Below are positions 10,269 through 19,001 of a stretch of 64,000 bases of DNA, one piece after another. Numbering within the stretch: the first letter of the stretch is position 1; each line of letters opens with the position of its first letter. The position numbers and the translations under genes are program-made. The notes beneath the pieces were generated by a model. It was not told the DNA's origin. It searched no databases and saw only the letters and a program-made list of their open reading frames with translations. The DNA lies in NCBI GenBank assembly GCA_963724465.1, contig CAVRUT010000013.1:64958-128957 (forward strand). The letters are read 5' to 3'. This DNA is from an uncultured Acidobacteriota bacterium. Lineage in GTDB: Bacteria > Acidobacteriota > Thermoanaerobaculia > UBA5066 > Gp7-AA6.

Positions 10269-10523
10269 CTACCGCCCCGCCGCCTCCGACCCCGGGAGAG
10301 CCTCGTCGACGAGCATCACCGGAATGTCGGAGACGATGGGATAGACGAGGTCGGCCTGGCGCGAGTAGAGGCCCTGCGTCACCACCGGCTCCTCGTCGCG
10401 GAACTTCTCGCGGTACTTCTCGACCAGCGCCTTGCGCGTCGCGTCCTTCAGCTCGATGAGCTCGAGCGGCCCCTTCGTCTTGGGGCAGACCAGAATCGCC
10501 AGCAGTTCCGGATCGACGGCCAT
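10269..10523 (-). CDS. Trm112 family protein
   Basis: [21 protein letters not shown]...[17 protein letters not shown], typical Trm112/YcaR pattern. ATG 10523 is preceded by GGAGGAGAGG. The rest of track ORF 10269..11168 is junk. Confidence 0.75.
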   Translation of the reverse strand: MAVDPELLAILVCPKTKGPLELIELKDATRKALVEKYREKFRDEEPVVTQGLYSRQADLVYPIVSDIPVMLVDEALPGSEAAGR

Positions 10524-10558
10524 GCCTCTCCTCCGCTGTCCGAGTATACCGGCGCCCG

Positions 10559-10996
10559 TCAGAGCGAAGCGAAGATCTCCTTCGGGTGCGACTTCGGGGT
10601 GACTTTCGGGTGCGCCTGCGCGATCCGACCGTCGGGGCCGATGACGTACGTGATCCGGCTCGCGTAACCGGCCTTCGGGTCGTCGGCAGCGCCGTAGGCC
10701 ACTCCGAGCTCGCGCTTGACGTCGCAGAGCAGCGGGAAGGGATACTCGAACTTCTTCGCGAAGGCCGCGTTCTCCTCCACCGTATCGAAGGAGACTCCGA
10801 GGATCTCGGCGCTCTTCTTCCGGAAGTCGGCGTAGAGGTCGCGGAACCCGCAACCCTCGACCGTTCAGCCGGGCGTGTCGGCCTTCGGGTAGAACCAGAG
10901 GACGACGGAGCGGCCGCGATAGTCCGCGAGGCGGCGCGTGGCTCCGGTGTGGTCCTCGACCGCGAAGTCCGGGGCGGGATCTCCGACCTTCAACAT
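10559..10996 (-). CDS. bcp: Bcp-type peroxiredoxin with in-frame TGA at the peroxidatic Cys position (probable selenoprotein)
   Basis: Track ORFs 10865..11053 and 10559..10780 are in the same frame, separated by a single TGA (10865..10867): ...[13 protein letters not shown][TGA]TVEGCGFRD...[22 protein letters not shown] 10996 is preceded by GGAGGAGG. Confidence 0.75.
10837..10862 (-). promoter_or_regulatory. candidate SECIS hairpin 3' of the bcp UGA
   Basis: mRNA UGA-AC-GGUCG-AGGGUU-GCGG-GUU-CCGC-GACC: outer GGUC(G)/(C)GACC and inner GCGG/CCGC stems with a G/U-containing tip about 17-22 nt after the UGA. Confidence 0.45.
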
Positions 10997-11031
10997 CTTC
11001 GGCCTCCTCCACAGCGACTTCAGGATTCCGA

Positions 11032-11859
11032 TCACGGCCGGCCGCCTTCCCAAGTCTCCTTCGCCTCATCATACGCGGGCAGGTCCACGGGCCAGCCGTT
11101 TCGTCGACAACGATCCCACTCCCAGACCCTCGCCCACTTGAGGAAGACGCTCCAGGCCTGAAAGGCACAGAGCACGAAGCCGTGCCGGCCGTCGAGGAAG
11201 CCCGCCTGGATCACGTACATGCGCAGGAAGCGCCAGGCCGGTCGGAAGAGCAGCTCGACCGGGCCGGCGCGACGGCCCTGCCGAAACGCGTCCGCGGCGC
11301 CCCACGTCGCGTAGCGGTCGAGCTTCTCGAGGTATTGCCCGAGGGAGCGGCAAGTGTAGTGCGTCATCGGCACGAGCAGCGTCGGCGTGGGCCCCTCGGC
11401 CGCGAGGTCGACGTGCACACGACGATTGGGATAGCGCGCCGTGCCCCGCCGGATGAGCCGCACGACCTTGTCCGTGGACCAGCCCGAGTGGCGGATGACG
11501 CGGTCGAGGAAGACGTTGTCCCGGCGAACGAAGTAGTGGTCCGCCTCGGGCCCTCCTTCGAGCAGGTCGAGGATCTCGCGTGCGAGCTTCTCCGGGATGC
11601 GCTCGTCCGCGTCGACGATCAGAAGCCACGGCGTCGTCACCTGGTCCATGGCCCAGTTCTTCTGCGCCGCGGAGCCGAAATACTCGCGCTGGACGACCTT
11701 CACACCGGGGACATCGCGGGCGATCTCGACGGTCCGGTCGGTCGAGAAGGAATCGACCAGGAGGATCTCGTCCGCGAAGGCGACGCTCGCGAGACAGTCA
11801 CGAACGTTCGCCTCCTCGTTGAGCGTGGTGATGATCACTGTCAGGCCCGGTCGGGGCAT
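11032..11859 (-). CDS. family 2 glycosyltransferase
   Basis: [14 protein letters not shown]...[11 protein letters not shown]...[11 protein letters not shown] (GT2 DxD region). ATG 11859 is preceded by GAGGGGGAGAG; the track start is 11910. Confidence 0.8.
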   Translation of the reverse strand: MPRPGLTVIITTLNEEANVRDCLASVAFADEILLVDSFSTDRTVEIARDVPGVKVVQREYFGSAAQKNWAMDQVTTPWLLIVDADERIPEKLAREILDLLEGGPEADHYFVRRDNVFLDRVIRHSGWSTDKVVRLIRRGTARYPNRRVHVDLAAEGPTPTLLVPMTHYTCRSLGQYLEKLDRYATWGAADAFRQGRRAGPVELLFRPAWRFLRMYVIQAGFLDGRHGFVLCAFQAWSVFLKWARVWEWDRCRRNGWPVDLPAYDEAKETWEGGRP

Positions 11860-11921
11860 CTGTTCTCTCCCCCTCAGCCCAACCTTCCCGGCGGGACAGG
11901 CACAGGGCAAGGGGCGTTCTC

Positions 11922-12704
11922 CTAGTCCACCCTCACTTGCACCCGCTCGATCTTCCGCGCCCTCCCGGTGGCCTCGTCCACGTCGATCACCGCGCCCGAG
12001 AGCCGGATGTCCTTCTTCGCCGTCTCGAAGGAGCGCGGGGTCTGCGACAGGAATTTCTCGATGATGCGGTCCTTCGAAAAGCCGATGATTCCCTCGTAGG
12101 CGCCGGTCATCCCGGCGTCCGAGAGATAGGCGGTTCCGCCGGGGCGAATCGTCTCGTCGGCGGTAGCCACGTGCGTGTGGGTCCCGACCACGGCGGAAAC
12201 GCGGCCGTCGAGGTACCAGCCCATCGCGGCCTTCTCGGACGTCGCCTCGGCGTGCATGTCGACTACGATCACTTTCACGTCGCCCGCGCGGGCGAGCTCG
12301 TCGTCGGCCACCCGGAAGGGCGAGTCCGCGTGGTGCGGCATGAAGACCTGCCCCTGAAGGTTCAGGACGCCGACCGGGACGCCCGAAGCCGTCGCCTGCA
12401 CGGTCCAGCCCCGGCCGGGGTTACCCGGGGGGTAGTTGGCCGGCCGCAAGAGCCGGTCCGAGGCGTTCAGCGCGTCGTAGATCTCCTTCTTGTCCCAGAT
12501 GTGGTTGCCCGAGGAGAAGACGTCGATCGGCATCTTCGAGAGCTCCTCGAAGAGGTCGACGGTCAGGCCGAAGCCGCCGGCCGCGTTTTCGACGTTGACG
12601 ACCGTGAAGTCGATCCGGTGGCGGTCGATCACGCCCGTGAGGGCCTCGACGAGCGCGCGCCGGCCCGGCGCTCCGACGACGTCGCCGACGAAGAGGATGT
12701 TCAC
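11922..12704 (-). CDS. ymdB: YmdB-like (TIGR00282) metallophosphoesterase
   Basis: NILFVGDVVG...VNVENAAGGFG...GNHIWDKK...VDMHAEATSEK...GTHTHVATAD. Conserved rny-ymdB synteny as in Bacillus. Confidence 0.85.
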   Translation of the reverse strand: MNILFVGDVVGAPGRRALVEALTGVIDRHRIDFTVVNVENAAGGFGLTVDLFEELSKMPIDVFSSGNHIWDKKEIYDALNASDRLLRPANYPPGNPGRGWTVQATASGVPVGVLNLQGQVFMPHHADSPFRVADDELARAGDVKVIVVDMHAEATSEKAAMGWYLDGRVSAVVGTHTHVATADETIRPGGTAYLSDAGMTGAYEGIIGFSKDRIIEKFLSQTPRSFETAKKDIRLSGAVIDVDEATGRARKIERVQVRVD

Positions 12705-12709
12705 AGGAC

Positions 12710-12796
12710 GTGAACCGCGAGCCGTGAGCCGTGAGCCGGACGCTCTGCGGGGTGACGACAGCTTCGGCTCACGGCTAACGACTTACGGCTTACGAG
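12710..12796 (-). repeat. two-armed heptad repeat element between rny stop and ymdB-like start
   Basis: + strand arm 12710..12737 is GTGAACC GCGAGCC GTGAGCC GTGAGCC. Arm 12762..12796 is CTTCGGC TCACGGC TAACGAC TTACGGC TTACGAG. The arms are reverse complements of each other. Confidence 0.85.
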
Positions 12797-12804
12797 GCCG
12801 GCCC

Positions 12805-14373
12805 TCACCGGGCATACTCCACGGCGCGAGTCTCTCTGATCACCGTGACCTTGATCTGCCCCGGGTACTGCAGCTCGGCCTCGATCTTCTTGGCCACGTC
12901 GCGCGACAGCCACAGGGCCTCGTCGTCGGTGACCCGGTTGGCTTCGACGACGATACGCAGCTCCCGACCTGCCTGGATCGCAAAGGCCTTCTGCACGCCC
13001 TTGAAGCCATCGGCGATGTGCTCGAGCTTTTCCAGGCGCTTGACGTACGTTTCGAGGATCTCGCGCCGTGCCCCCGGGCGCGCCGCGGACAGGGCGTCGG
13101 CGCCGTTGACGAGGACCGCCTCGAGCGAGCGCGGCTCGTAGTCGCCGTGGTGGCACTCCATGGCGTGGATGACCTCGTTCGACTCGCCGAATTTCTTCAG
13201 GACCTCGCGGCCGAGCTCGAGGTGGGTGCCTTCCATCTCCCGGTCGATCGCCTTGCCGATGTCGTGCAGCAAACCCGCGCGGCGCACGACCTCGACGTTC
13301 GCCCCGAGCTCCGCCGCCATGTTCATCGCGAGCCAGCCGACCTCCTTGGAGTGCTGCAGCACGTTCTGGCCGTACGAGGTGCGGTACTTCAGGCGCCCGA
13401 GCATCTTGATGAGCTCGGGATGGAGGTCCGGGATGCCGAACTCGAGGGCCGTCGCCTCCCCTTCCTGGCGGATCTTTTCCCAGAGCTCCGAGCGGACCTT
13501 CTCGACGATCTCCTCGATGCGCGCGGGGTGGATGCGGCCGTCGACGATGAGCTTCTCGAGGGCGTGCCGTGCGACCTCGCGGCGCAGCGGCTCGAAGGCC
13601 GAGATGACGATCGCCTCGGGAGTGTCGTCGATGATGAGGTCGACGCCCGTGGCCGCCTCGAGGGCCCGGATGTTGCGGCCCTCGCGCCCGATGATCCGGC
13701 CCTTGAGGTCGTCGGACGGAAGCTCCACGACCGAGACCGTCGCCTCGACGACAGTGTCGGAGGCCAGGCGCTGGATCGCCATCCCGATGATGCGCCGCGC
13801 CTTCTGGGTGGCCTGCTCGTTGGCCTCTTCCTCGATCCGGCGGATCAGGCCGGCCGACTCGAGCCGCGCCTCGTTCTCGACCGACTTGACGAGATCGCGC
13901 CTGGCGTCCACGGCCGTCAGGCCCGAGATCTGTTCGAGGCGCCTGCGCTGCTCGTCGACGACCTTCTGGACCTCGGCCTGCAGGTCCTCGAGCTTCTTCT
14001 GCTCGTCGCCGAGGGCCTTCTCCTTGCGGCTGTACTCCTCGTCCCGCCGCTCCTGCTGAGCGAGCTTTCGGTCGAGGTTCTCTTCCTTCTGCTGGACCCG
14101 TTTCTCGAGGGCGGCGATTTCCTGGCGGCGGGCCTGCACCGTCTTGTCGAACTCGACGCGGGCGGCGAGGACCTTCTCCTTGGCCTCGATGTCGGCTTCC
14201 CGGATCTTGGAGTCCGCCTGCTTGCGGGCCTCGGCCAGAGCCCGATCCGCCTCGGTCCGGATCCCGAGACGCTCCCGCTCGACCTTCTTGCGCAGGAAGA
14301 GGTAACCGATGGCCAGGAGAACCGCGGCGAGGACGAGTCCCGCCGCGATCGCCATCGCGAAAGATGTGTTCAT
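12805..14373 (-). CDS. rny: ribonuclease Y
   Basis: N-terminal TM helix, long coiled coil, KH ([15 protein letters not shown]) and HD (LLHDIGKA) domains. Preferred ATG 14373 ([12 protein letters not shown]); the track start is 14385. Confidence 0.9.
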   Translation of the reverse strand: MNTSFAMAIAAGLVLAAVLLAIGYLFLRKKVERERLGIRTEADRALAEARKQADSKIREADIEAKEKVLAARVEFDKTVQARRQEIAALEKRVQQKEENLDRKLAQQERRDEEYSRKEKALGDEQKKLEDLQAEVQKVVDEQRRRLEQISGLTAVDARRDLVKSVENEARLESAGLIRRIEEEANEQATQKARRIIGMAIQRLASDTVVEATVSVVELPSDDLKGRIIGREGRNIRALEAATGVDLIIDDTPEAIVISAFEPLRREVARHALEKLIVDGRIHPARIEEIVEKVRSELWEKIRQEGEATALEFGIPDLHPELIKMLGRLKYRTSYGQNVLQHSKEVGWLAMNMAAELGANVEVVRRAGLLHDIGKAIDREMEGTHLELGREVLKKFGESNEVIHAMECHHGDYEPRSLEAVLVNGADALSAARPGARREILETYVKRLEKLEHIADGFKGVQKAFAIQAGRELRIVVEANRVTDDEALWLSRDVAKKIEAELQYPGQIKVTVIRETRAVEYAR

Positions 14374-14549
14374 TCGGCCCCCCAAAATGCCCGGGGGGCG
14401 CCACGAGCGAGCGGGCGCGGCTACACGATGGACCGGAAGCGACTGTTCCGACGAGGGTTACGCACCGTCTGACCCGGACCCTTCAACAGGACCACTCGTA
14501 TTCCTATCGTGTGTTCCCCGGATCTCTCCGGGGTGCCGACGCCTCGCCT

Positions 14550-14843
14550 TCAGGCGCCCAGGGCGTCGTCCAATTTTCGAATCAGGCGTTCCGCACGGGC
14601 CTTCGCGTCCGTGGGATCGCCCTGCCGACGTTTGTCTGCCTGGTAAAGATCATCCGCAATGTTCAGGGCGGCGAGGATCGCGATTTTCGTGGTGTCGACC
14701 GTCGCCGTCCGTTCCGCCACTTCTTTCATCCGGGAATCTACGAAGCGGGCCAGATCGTGAATGTAGCCGCTTTCGCCGTCGGCGCGGACGCTGTACGTCT
14801 GCCCGAAGATCTCGACCTGAGTCACACTGCCCCGCTTATCCAA
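14550..14843 (-). CDS. zapA: cell division protein ZapA
   Basis: 97 aa, VEIFGQTYSVRADGESGYIHDLARFVDSRMKEV...ILAALNIADDL, typical ZapA pattern. Confidence 0.8.
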   Translation of the reverse strand: MDKRGSVTQVEIFGQTYSVRADGESGYIHDLARFVDSRMKEVAERTATVDTTKIAILAALNIADDLYQADKRRQGDPTDAKARAERLIRKLDDALGA

Positions 14844-14927
14844 ATCGAGACACCGACTCCTTTCCGCCGCGAGTCTAGTTCGCCTAGGCCAAGGGAGTCA
14901 ACGGTTTAGCGATAACTCGCGGCAGGA

Positions 14928-15173
14928 CTAAGACTTCTTTTCCTCGGCGGCCTCGAGGGCGTGAATCAGCTTCTCCAGCCGCTCCCGGACCACCTCCTGC
15001 TCGCGCTCGAGCTTCTCGACCGCCCCCTTCGAGTCGCCCGCGTCCCTCTCGGCCTTTCGGGCTGCCGAGAGGTCCGACCGGAGTTTCCCGTTTTCGGCCT
15101 CGAGCTGCTTCAGCCGCCCGAGAAGCCTCTCGATCTTGCGATCCAGCGTGTCGAAGACCTTGACCGTGTCCAT
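14928..15173 (-). CDS. ZapB-like coiled-coil protein
   Basis: Small all-coiled-coil protein (LLGRLKQLEAENGKLRSDL...) directly upstream of zapA. ATG 15173 is preceded by GAGGGGGAAGG. Confidence 0.55.
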   Translation of the reverse strand: MDTVKVFDTLDRKIERLLGRLKQLEAENGKLRSDLSAARKAERDAGDSKGAVEKLEREQEVVRERLEKLIHALEAAEEKKS

Positions 15174-15197
15174 TGCCAATCCTTCCCCCTCACTGCC

Positions 15198-17300
15198 TCA
15201 GTGGCCGAACGCGACGCCCGGCTGGGAGGCGAGCTCGCCCGCCAGGCGCCGCACTTGCGTGTTGATCTCTTCCTGCTCGAGCGTGCGCTCCGCCGACCGG
15301 AACGTCAGCCGGATCGTGGTCTTGACCTTCCCGGCCTCGACGCCGGGACCCTCGTACCGGTCGAGGCACCGGAACGACTCGAGGTGCTCGAGGTTCAGGC
15401 TGCGCACGAACGCGGAGAGCTCGTCCCAGGGAAGGTCCTTCGGCTGCGCGAACGACAGGTCCGCGACGATCGCGGGCAGCGCCGGAAATTCCCGGTACCG
15501 GAACGAACGGGGCCCGGCCGGGATCGCGTCCACGAGCAGCTCGCCCGCGAAGACGGGCGCCGTCAGCCCGCAGCGCTCGCGCTCGGCCCCTGCGACGAGC
15601 CCGACGATTCCGAGCAACTCCCCGGATGCGGTCCGGACGGAGGCCGCCGCCCCCTCCGTGAAGGCCCGAACCTGCGCCGGCTTCCAGAGGAGCTCCGAGG
15701 CGGGCACCCAGGCCTCGAGCAGGGCCTCGACGAGGCCGCGCGCGTCGTAGAAATCCGCCGGGCGCAGCTTCTCGGGAACGCTCCAGTGCGAGCGCCGGTC
15801 TCCCGCGAGCGCGAAGGCGAAGCGCCTCGACTCGTAGGACTCCGGCCTGTCCGACTCTCCGGGCGCTCCGAACGCCCGGCCGACCTCGAAGAGCGCGACC
15901 TCGGAGGCGCCGTGGCGCAGGTTGCGGGCCACGGCCTCGAGGAGCCCCGGCAGCAGTGTCGCACGCAGGTGGCGGCGCGAGGCATCGAGCGGGTTCATCA
16001 GCGAGAGCGGCTCGAGAGCCGTTTCGGTCATGCGCAGCCAGTCGCCGTAGGGCGCTTCGTCGACGTCGCGGTCGACGAACGGGTAGTTCACGGTCTCGAA
16101 GAGCCCCGCGGCCGCCGCGGCGTCGCTCAAGCGGTCCTCGACGCGCCGCAGCGGCTCCTTCACTTCGCCCGCGCCGCCCGACGGCGGCAGGCGCGCGGGC
16201 AGGCGATCGTAGCCGTAGACGCGCAGCACTTCCTCCACGAGGTCGTCTTCGCGCCTGACGTCGGCGCGGAAGAGCGGGATCTTGACCGAGAGGCGCTTGC
16301 CCTTGCGCTCGGTGGTGAAGCCGAGGCGCACGAGCGCCTCCTCGGCAAATTCGAGGTTGAGGCGCGTGTCGCCCGAAAGCAGGCGCAGGCGCGCCAGGCG
16401 CAATGCCGTCCGCCGGACTCGGAAGAGGTTGCCGTGCGCGTCGAGCAGCCCCGGCGCGACCGTTCCTCCCGCCGACTCGACGAGCAGGCGTGCCGCCAGG
16501 TTCAGGGCCCCAGGGATCGCGTCGATGTCGGCGCAGCGCTCGAAGCGGTGCGAGGCGTCGGTGTGCATGCCGAGCCGGCGGGCCGTGCGGCGGACTGTGG
16601 CCGGGTCCCACCAGGCCCCCTCGAGCAGGACGTTCTTCGTCTTCTCGGTGACGGCCGTTTCGAGCCCGCCCATGATGCCGGCCAGCGAGACCGCGCGCTC
16701 GGCGTCTGCCACGACGATGTCGGACGTCTCGAGCGGGCGCTCGACGCCGTCCAGGGTGACGAGCCTCTCGCCCCGGCGGGCCATGCGCACGAAGAGCAGG
16801 CCCCCCGCCAGCAGGTCGAAGTCGAAAGCATGCAGCGGCTGACTCGTGTCCCAGAGCGCATAGTTGGTGGCGTCGACCGCGGCCGAGATCGGCTTTGCGC
16901 CGACCGTGGCCAGGCGCCTGCGCACCAGCTCCGTCGCGGGCCGGTCCTCGACCTCCCGCACCAGTCGAGCGCCGAAGCGGCGGCAGAGGTCGGGAACCTG
17001 GATCACGACGGACGTCACTTGCTCGGTCGTTTCGCCGCTCGAGTCCGGCTCCGCATAGCGCGCGGCGAAGTCGCGCAGCGCCCGGCCCGACATGGCCGCG
17101 ACTTCGCGGGCCAGCCCCCGGTGCCCCATCGCGTCCGGCCGATTCGGGGTGATCTCGGCCTCGAGAACGGTGTCGTCGCCGCGGGCCTCGGCGGACTCGA
17201 TCGGGATGCCTGCCTGCTCGAGCAGCCGCCGCACGCCGTCGGCGCCGCCGACGGCCTCGACGTTCACGAAATCCGAGAGCCAGTCGAGGGAGAACTTCAT
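15198..17300 (-). CDS. pheT: phenylalanine--tRNA ligase beta subunit (short form, no N-terminal OB tRNA-binding domain)
   Basis: MKFSLDWLSDFV...EITPNRPDAMGHRG...B3/4, B5 and FDX-ACB regions. ATG 17300 overlaps the pheS stop (ATGA). Track ORF 15198..18290 is over-extended through pheS in another frame. Confidence 0.9.
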   Translation of the reverse strand: MKFSLDWLSDFVNVEAVGGADGVRRLLEQAGIPIESAEARGDDTVLEAEITPNRPDAMGHRGLAREVAAMSGRALRDFAARYAEPDSSGETTEQVTSVVIQVPDLCRRFGARLVREVEDRPATELVRRRLATVGAKPISAAVDATNYALWDTSQPLHAFDFDLLAGGLLFVRMARRGERLVTLDGVERPLETSDIVVADAERAVSLAGIMGGLETAVTEKTKNVLLEGAWWDPATVRRTARRLGMHTDASHRFERCADIDAIPGALNLAARLLVESAGGTVAPGLLDAHGNLFRVRRTALRLARLRLLSGDTRLNLEFAEEALVRLGFTTERKGKRLSVKIPLFRADVRREDDLVEEVLRVYGYDRLPARLPPSGGAGEVKEPLRRVEDRLSDAAAAAGLFETVNYPFVDRDVDEAPYGDWLRMTETALEPLSLMNPLDASRRHLRATLLPGLLEAVARNLRHGASEVALFEVGRAFGAPGESDRPESYESRRFAFALAGDRRSHWSVPEKLRPADFYDARGLVEALLEAWVPASELLWKPAQVRAFTEGAAASVRTASGELLGIVGLVAGAERERCGLTAPVFAGELLVDAIPAGPRSFRYREFPALPAIVADLSFAQPKDLPWDELSAFVRSLNLEHLESFRCLDRYEGPGVEAGKVKTTIRLTFRSAERTLEQEEINTQVRRLAGELASQPGVAFGH

Positions 17301-18348
17301 GCCTGTCCCGAAAACTGCGACAGGAAGCGCTCGTCCCCTTCGAAGAGCAGGCGCAGGTCCGGGAAGCCGTATTTCAGGAGCGCGACGCGGTCCATCCCGA
17401 GGCCGAAGGCGAAGCCCGTGAACTCCTCGGGGTCGATCGCCACGCCCTGCAGGACGCGTGGGTGGACCATTCCCGCGCCCATGATCTCGATCCAGCCCGA
17501 GCCCTTGCACTTTCCGCAGCCGCTTCCCTTGCAGAAGATGCAGCTCATGGAGACGTCCACGCCCGGCTCGACGAACGGGAAGAAGGTCGGGATGAAGCGC
17601 GTCTTCGTGCCCTTCCCGAAGAGCTCCTCGACGAAGGCGCCGACGGTGCCCTTGAGGTCTGCCATCGAGATGCCCCGGTCCACGACGAGGGCCTCGACCT
17701 GGTGAAAGACGGGCGAGTGGGTCGCGTCCACCTCGTCCTTGCGGTACACCCGTCCCGGGACGATCAGGCGCAGCGGCGCGCCGTGGCGCCGCATCTCGCG
17801 GACCTGCACCGGCGACGTATGCGTCCTCAGGAGAAGGGGCGAGACGGCGTTGCGGTCGACGAACAGCGTGTCCTGCGAGTCGCGCGCCGGGTGGTCCGGC
17901 GGGAAGTTGAGCGCCTCGAAATTGTGGAAGTCGTTTTCGACCTCCGGCCCGTCGGCGACCGAGTAGCCCAGCCTGAGAAAAAAATCCTCGATCTGACGCC
18001 GCACGATCGTGATCGGGTGGAGGCCCCCGGCCCGCGTGCGCCGGCCCGGCAGCGTGACGTCCACCGCCGCGGCGCGGTCGCGCGAGGCCCCCTCGCGCGC
18101 CTCGAGCTCCCGCCCGAGCCGCCCGACGGCCTCCTCGATCTCGGTCTTCGCGGCGTTGGCCCGCGCCCCGAAGCCCGCGCGCTCGGCCGGCGGGAGCGCC
18201 TTCAGCCTCGCAAAGAGCTCCGGAACCAGCCCCTTTCGCGGCCGAGGTAGCGCCCTTTGAGGCGCTCGTAGTCGGCGCGCGACGACACACCCCTGCCGAT
18301 CTCCTCGCGAAAGGAGCGCAAGAGGGCTTCGACGGCGTCCTGCACCAC
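17297..18348 (-). CDS. pheS: phenylalanine--tRNA ligase alpha subunit; one frame break near 18230..18240
   Basis: ORF 17297..18064 has the catalytic core (FNFEALNFPPDHPARD, RTHTSPVQ, FGLGMDRVAL). The N-terminal helical part (VVQDAVEALLRSFREEIG...YERLKGRYLG) is in another frame from GTG 18348. The shift is at a CCCCTTT run. Confidence 0.85.
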
Positions 18349-18353
18349 GTCCC

Positions 18354-18390
18354 GCGTCTACCGTCTACCGCTTGCCGACTTCCGGCTCAC
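18354..18390 (-). repeat. single-arm heptad array filling the rplT-pheS spacer
   Basis: + strand GCGTCTA CCGTCTA CCGCTTG CCGACTT CCGGCTC ACG. In transcript sense UGA-GCCGGAA GUCGGCA AGCGGUA GACGGUA GACGCGG, running from the rplT stop to 5 nt before the pheS GTG. Confidence 0.8.
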
Positions 18391-18749
18391 GCGGTCTTGA
18401 GTGCCTGCTTGGCGACGCCGACCAGGTGCGTGAACGCCGCGGGGTCGGACACGGCCAGGTCGGCCAGCATCTTGCGGTTGATCTCGTTGCCGGCCTTCTT
18501 CAGGCCGTCGACGAGCTTGCTGTACGACATCTCGTGCTCGCGCGCCGCGGCGTTGATACGCACGATCCAGAGGCCTCGGAAATCGCGCTTCTTGGCCTTG
18601 CGGTCCCGGTAGGCGTAGCCGAGCGACTTCTCCACCTGGAGCTTCGCCATCCGGTACGACTTCGACTTGGTGCCGTAGTAGCCCTTGGCGAGCGCCAGGG
18701 TCTTCGCCCGGCGGTTCTTTCTCTTGGGTCCCCTCTTTACACGAGGCAT
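18387..18749 (-). CDS. rplT: 50S ribosomal protein L20
   Basis: [26 protein letters not shown]...[20 protein letters not shown], unmistakable L20. Confidence 0.95.
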   Translation of the reverse strand: MPRVKRGPKRKNRRAKTLALAKGYYGTKSKSYRMAKLQVEKSLGYAYRDRKAKKRDFRGLWIVRINAAAREHEMSYSKLVDGLKKAGNEINRKMLADLAVSDPAAFTHLVGVAKQALKTA

Positions 18750-18779
18750 TGCTTTCTCCTTGTAGGGTCGGCCAGCGCG

Positions 18780-18977
18780 CTAGGCGTACGGCAGCATCTC
18801 GCGGACGCGCCTGGTGTCGCTCTTCGAGACGGTCGTGCCCTGGGCGAGCCCGCGCTTTCTGCCGGGCGCCTTCTTGGTGAGGATGTGGCTCTTGAAGGCC
18901 TTCGCCCGCTTGAACTTGCCGGACGCGGTTTTCTTGAACCGCTTCGCGGCGCCGCGATGCGTCTTCAGTTTCGGCAT
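18780..18977 (-). CDS. rpmI: 50S ribosomal protein L35
   Basis: [36 protein letters not shown], unmistakable L35. Confidence 0.95.
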   Translation of the reverse strand: MPKLKTHRGAAKRFKKTASGKFKRAKAFKSHILTKKAPGRKRGLAQGTTVSKSDTRRVREMLPYA

Positions 18978-19001
18978 GTCTTCTTGCTCCTTGCGGCCGG
19001 C

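Noticed and set aside
14386-14549. 6S RNA (ssrS) downstream of zapA
   Set aside because: It is kept only as a low-interest structured-leader finding. The foldable helix is about 105 nt rather than about 180 nt, and I cannot identify the central open-promoter-like bubble or conserved 6S features by eye.
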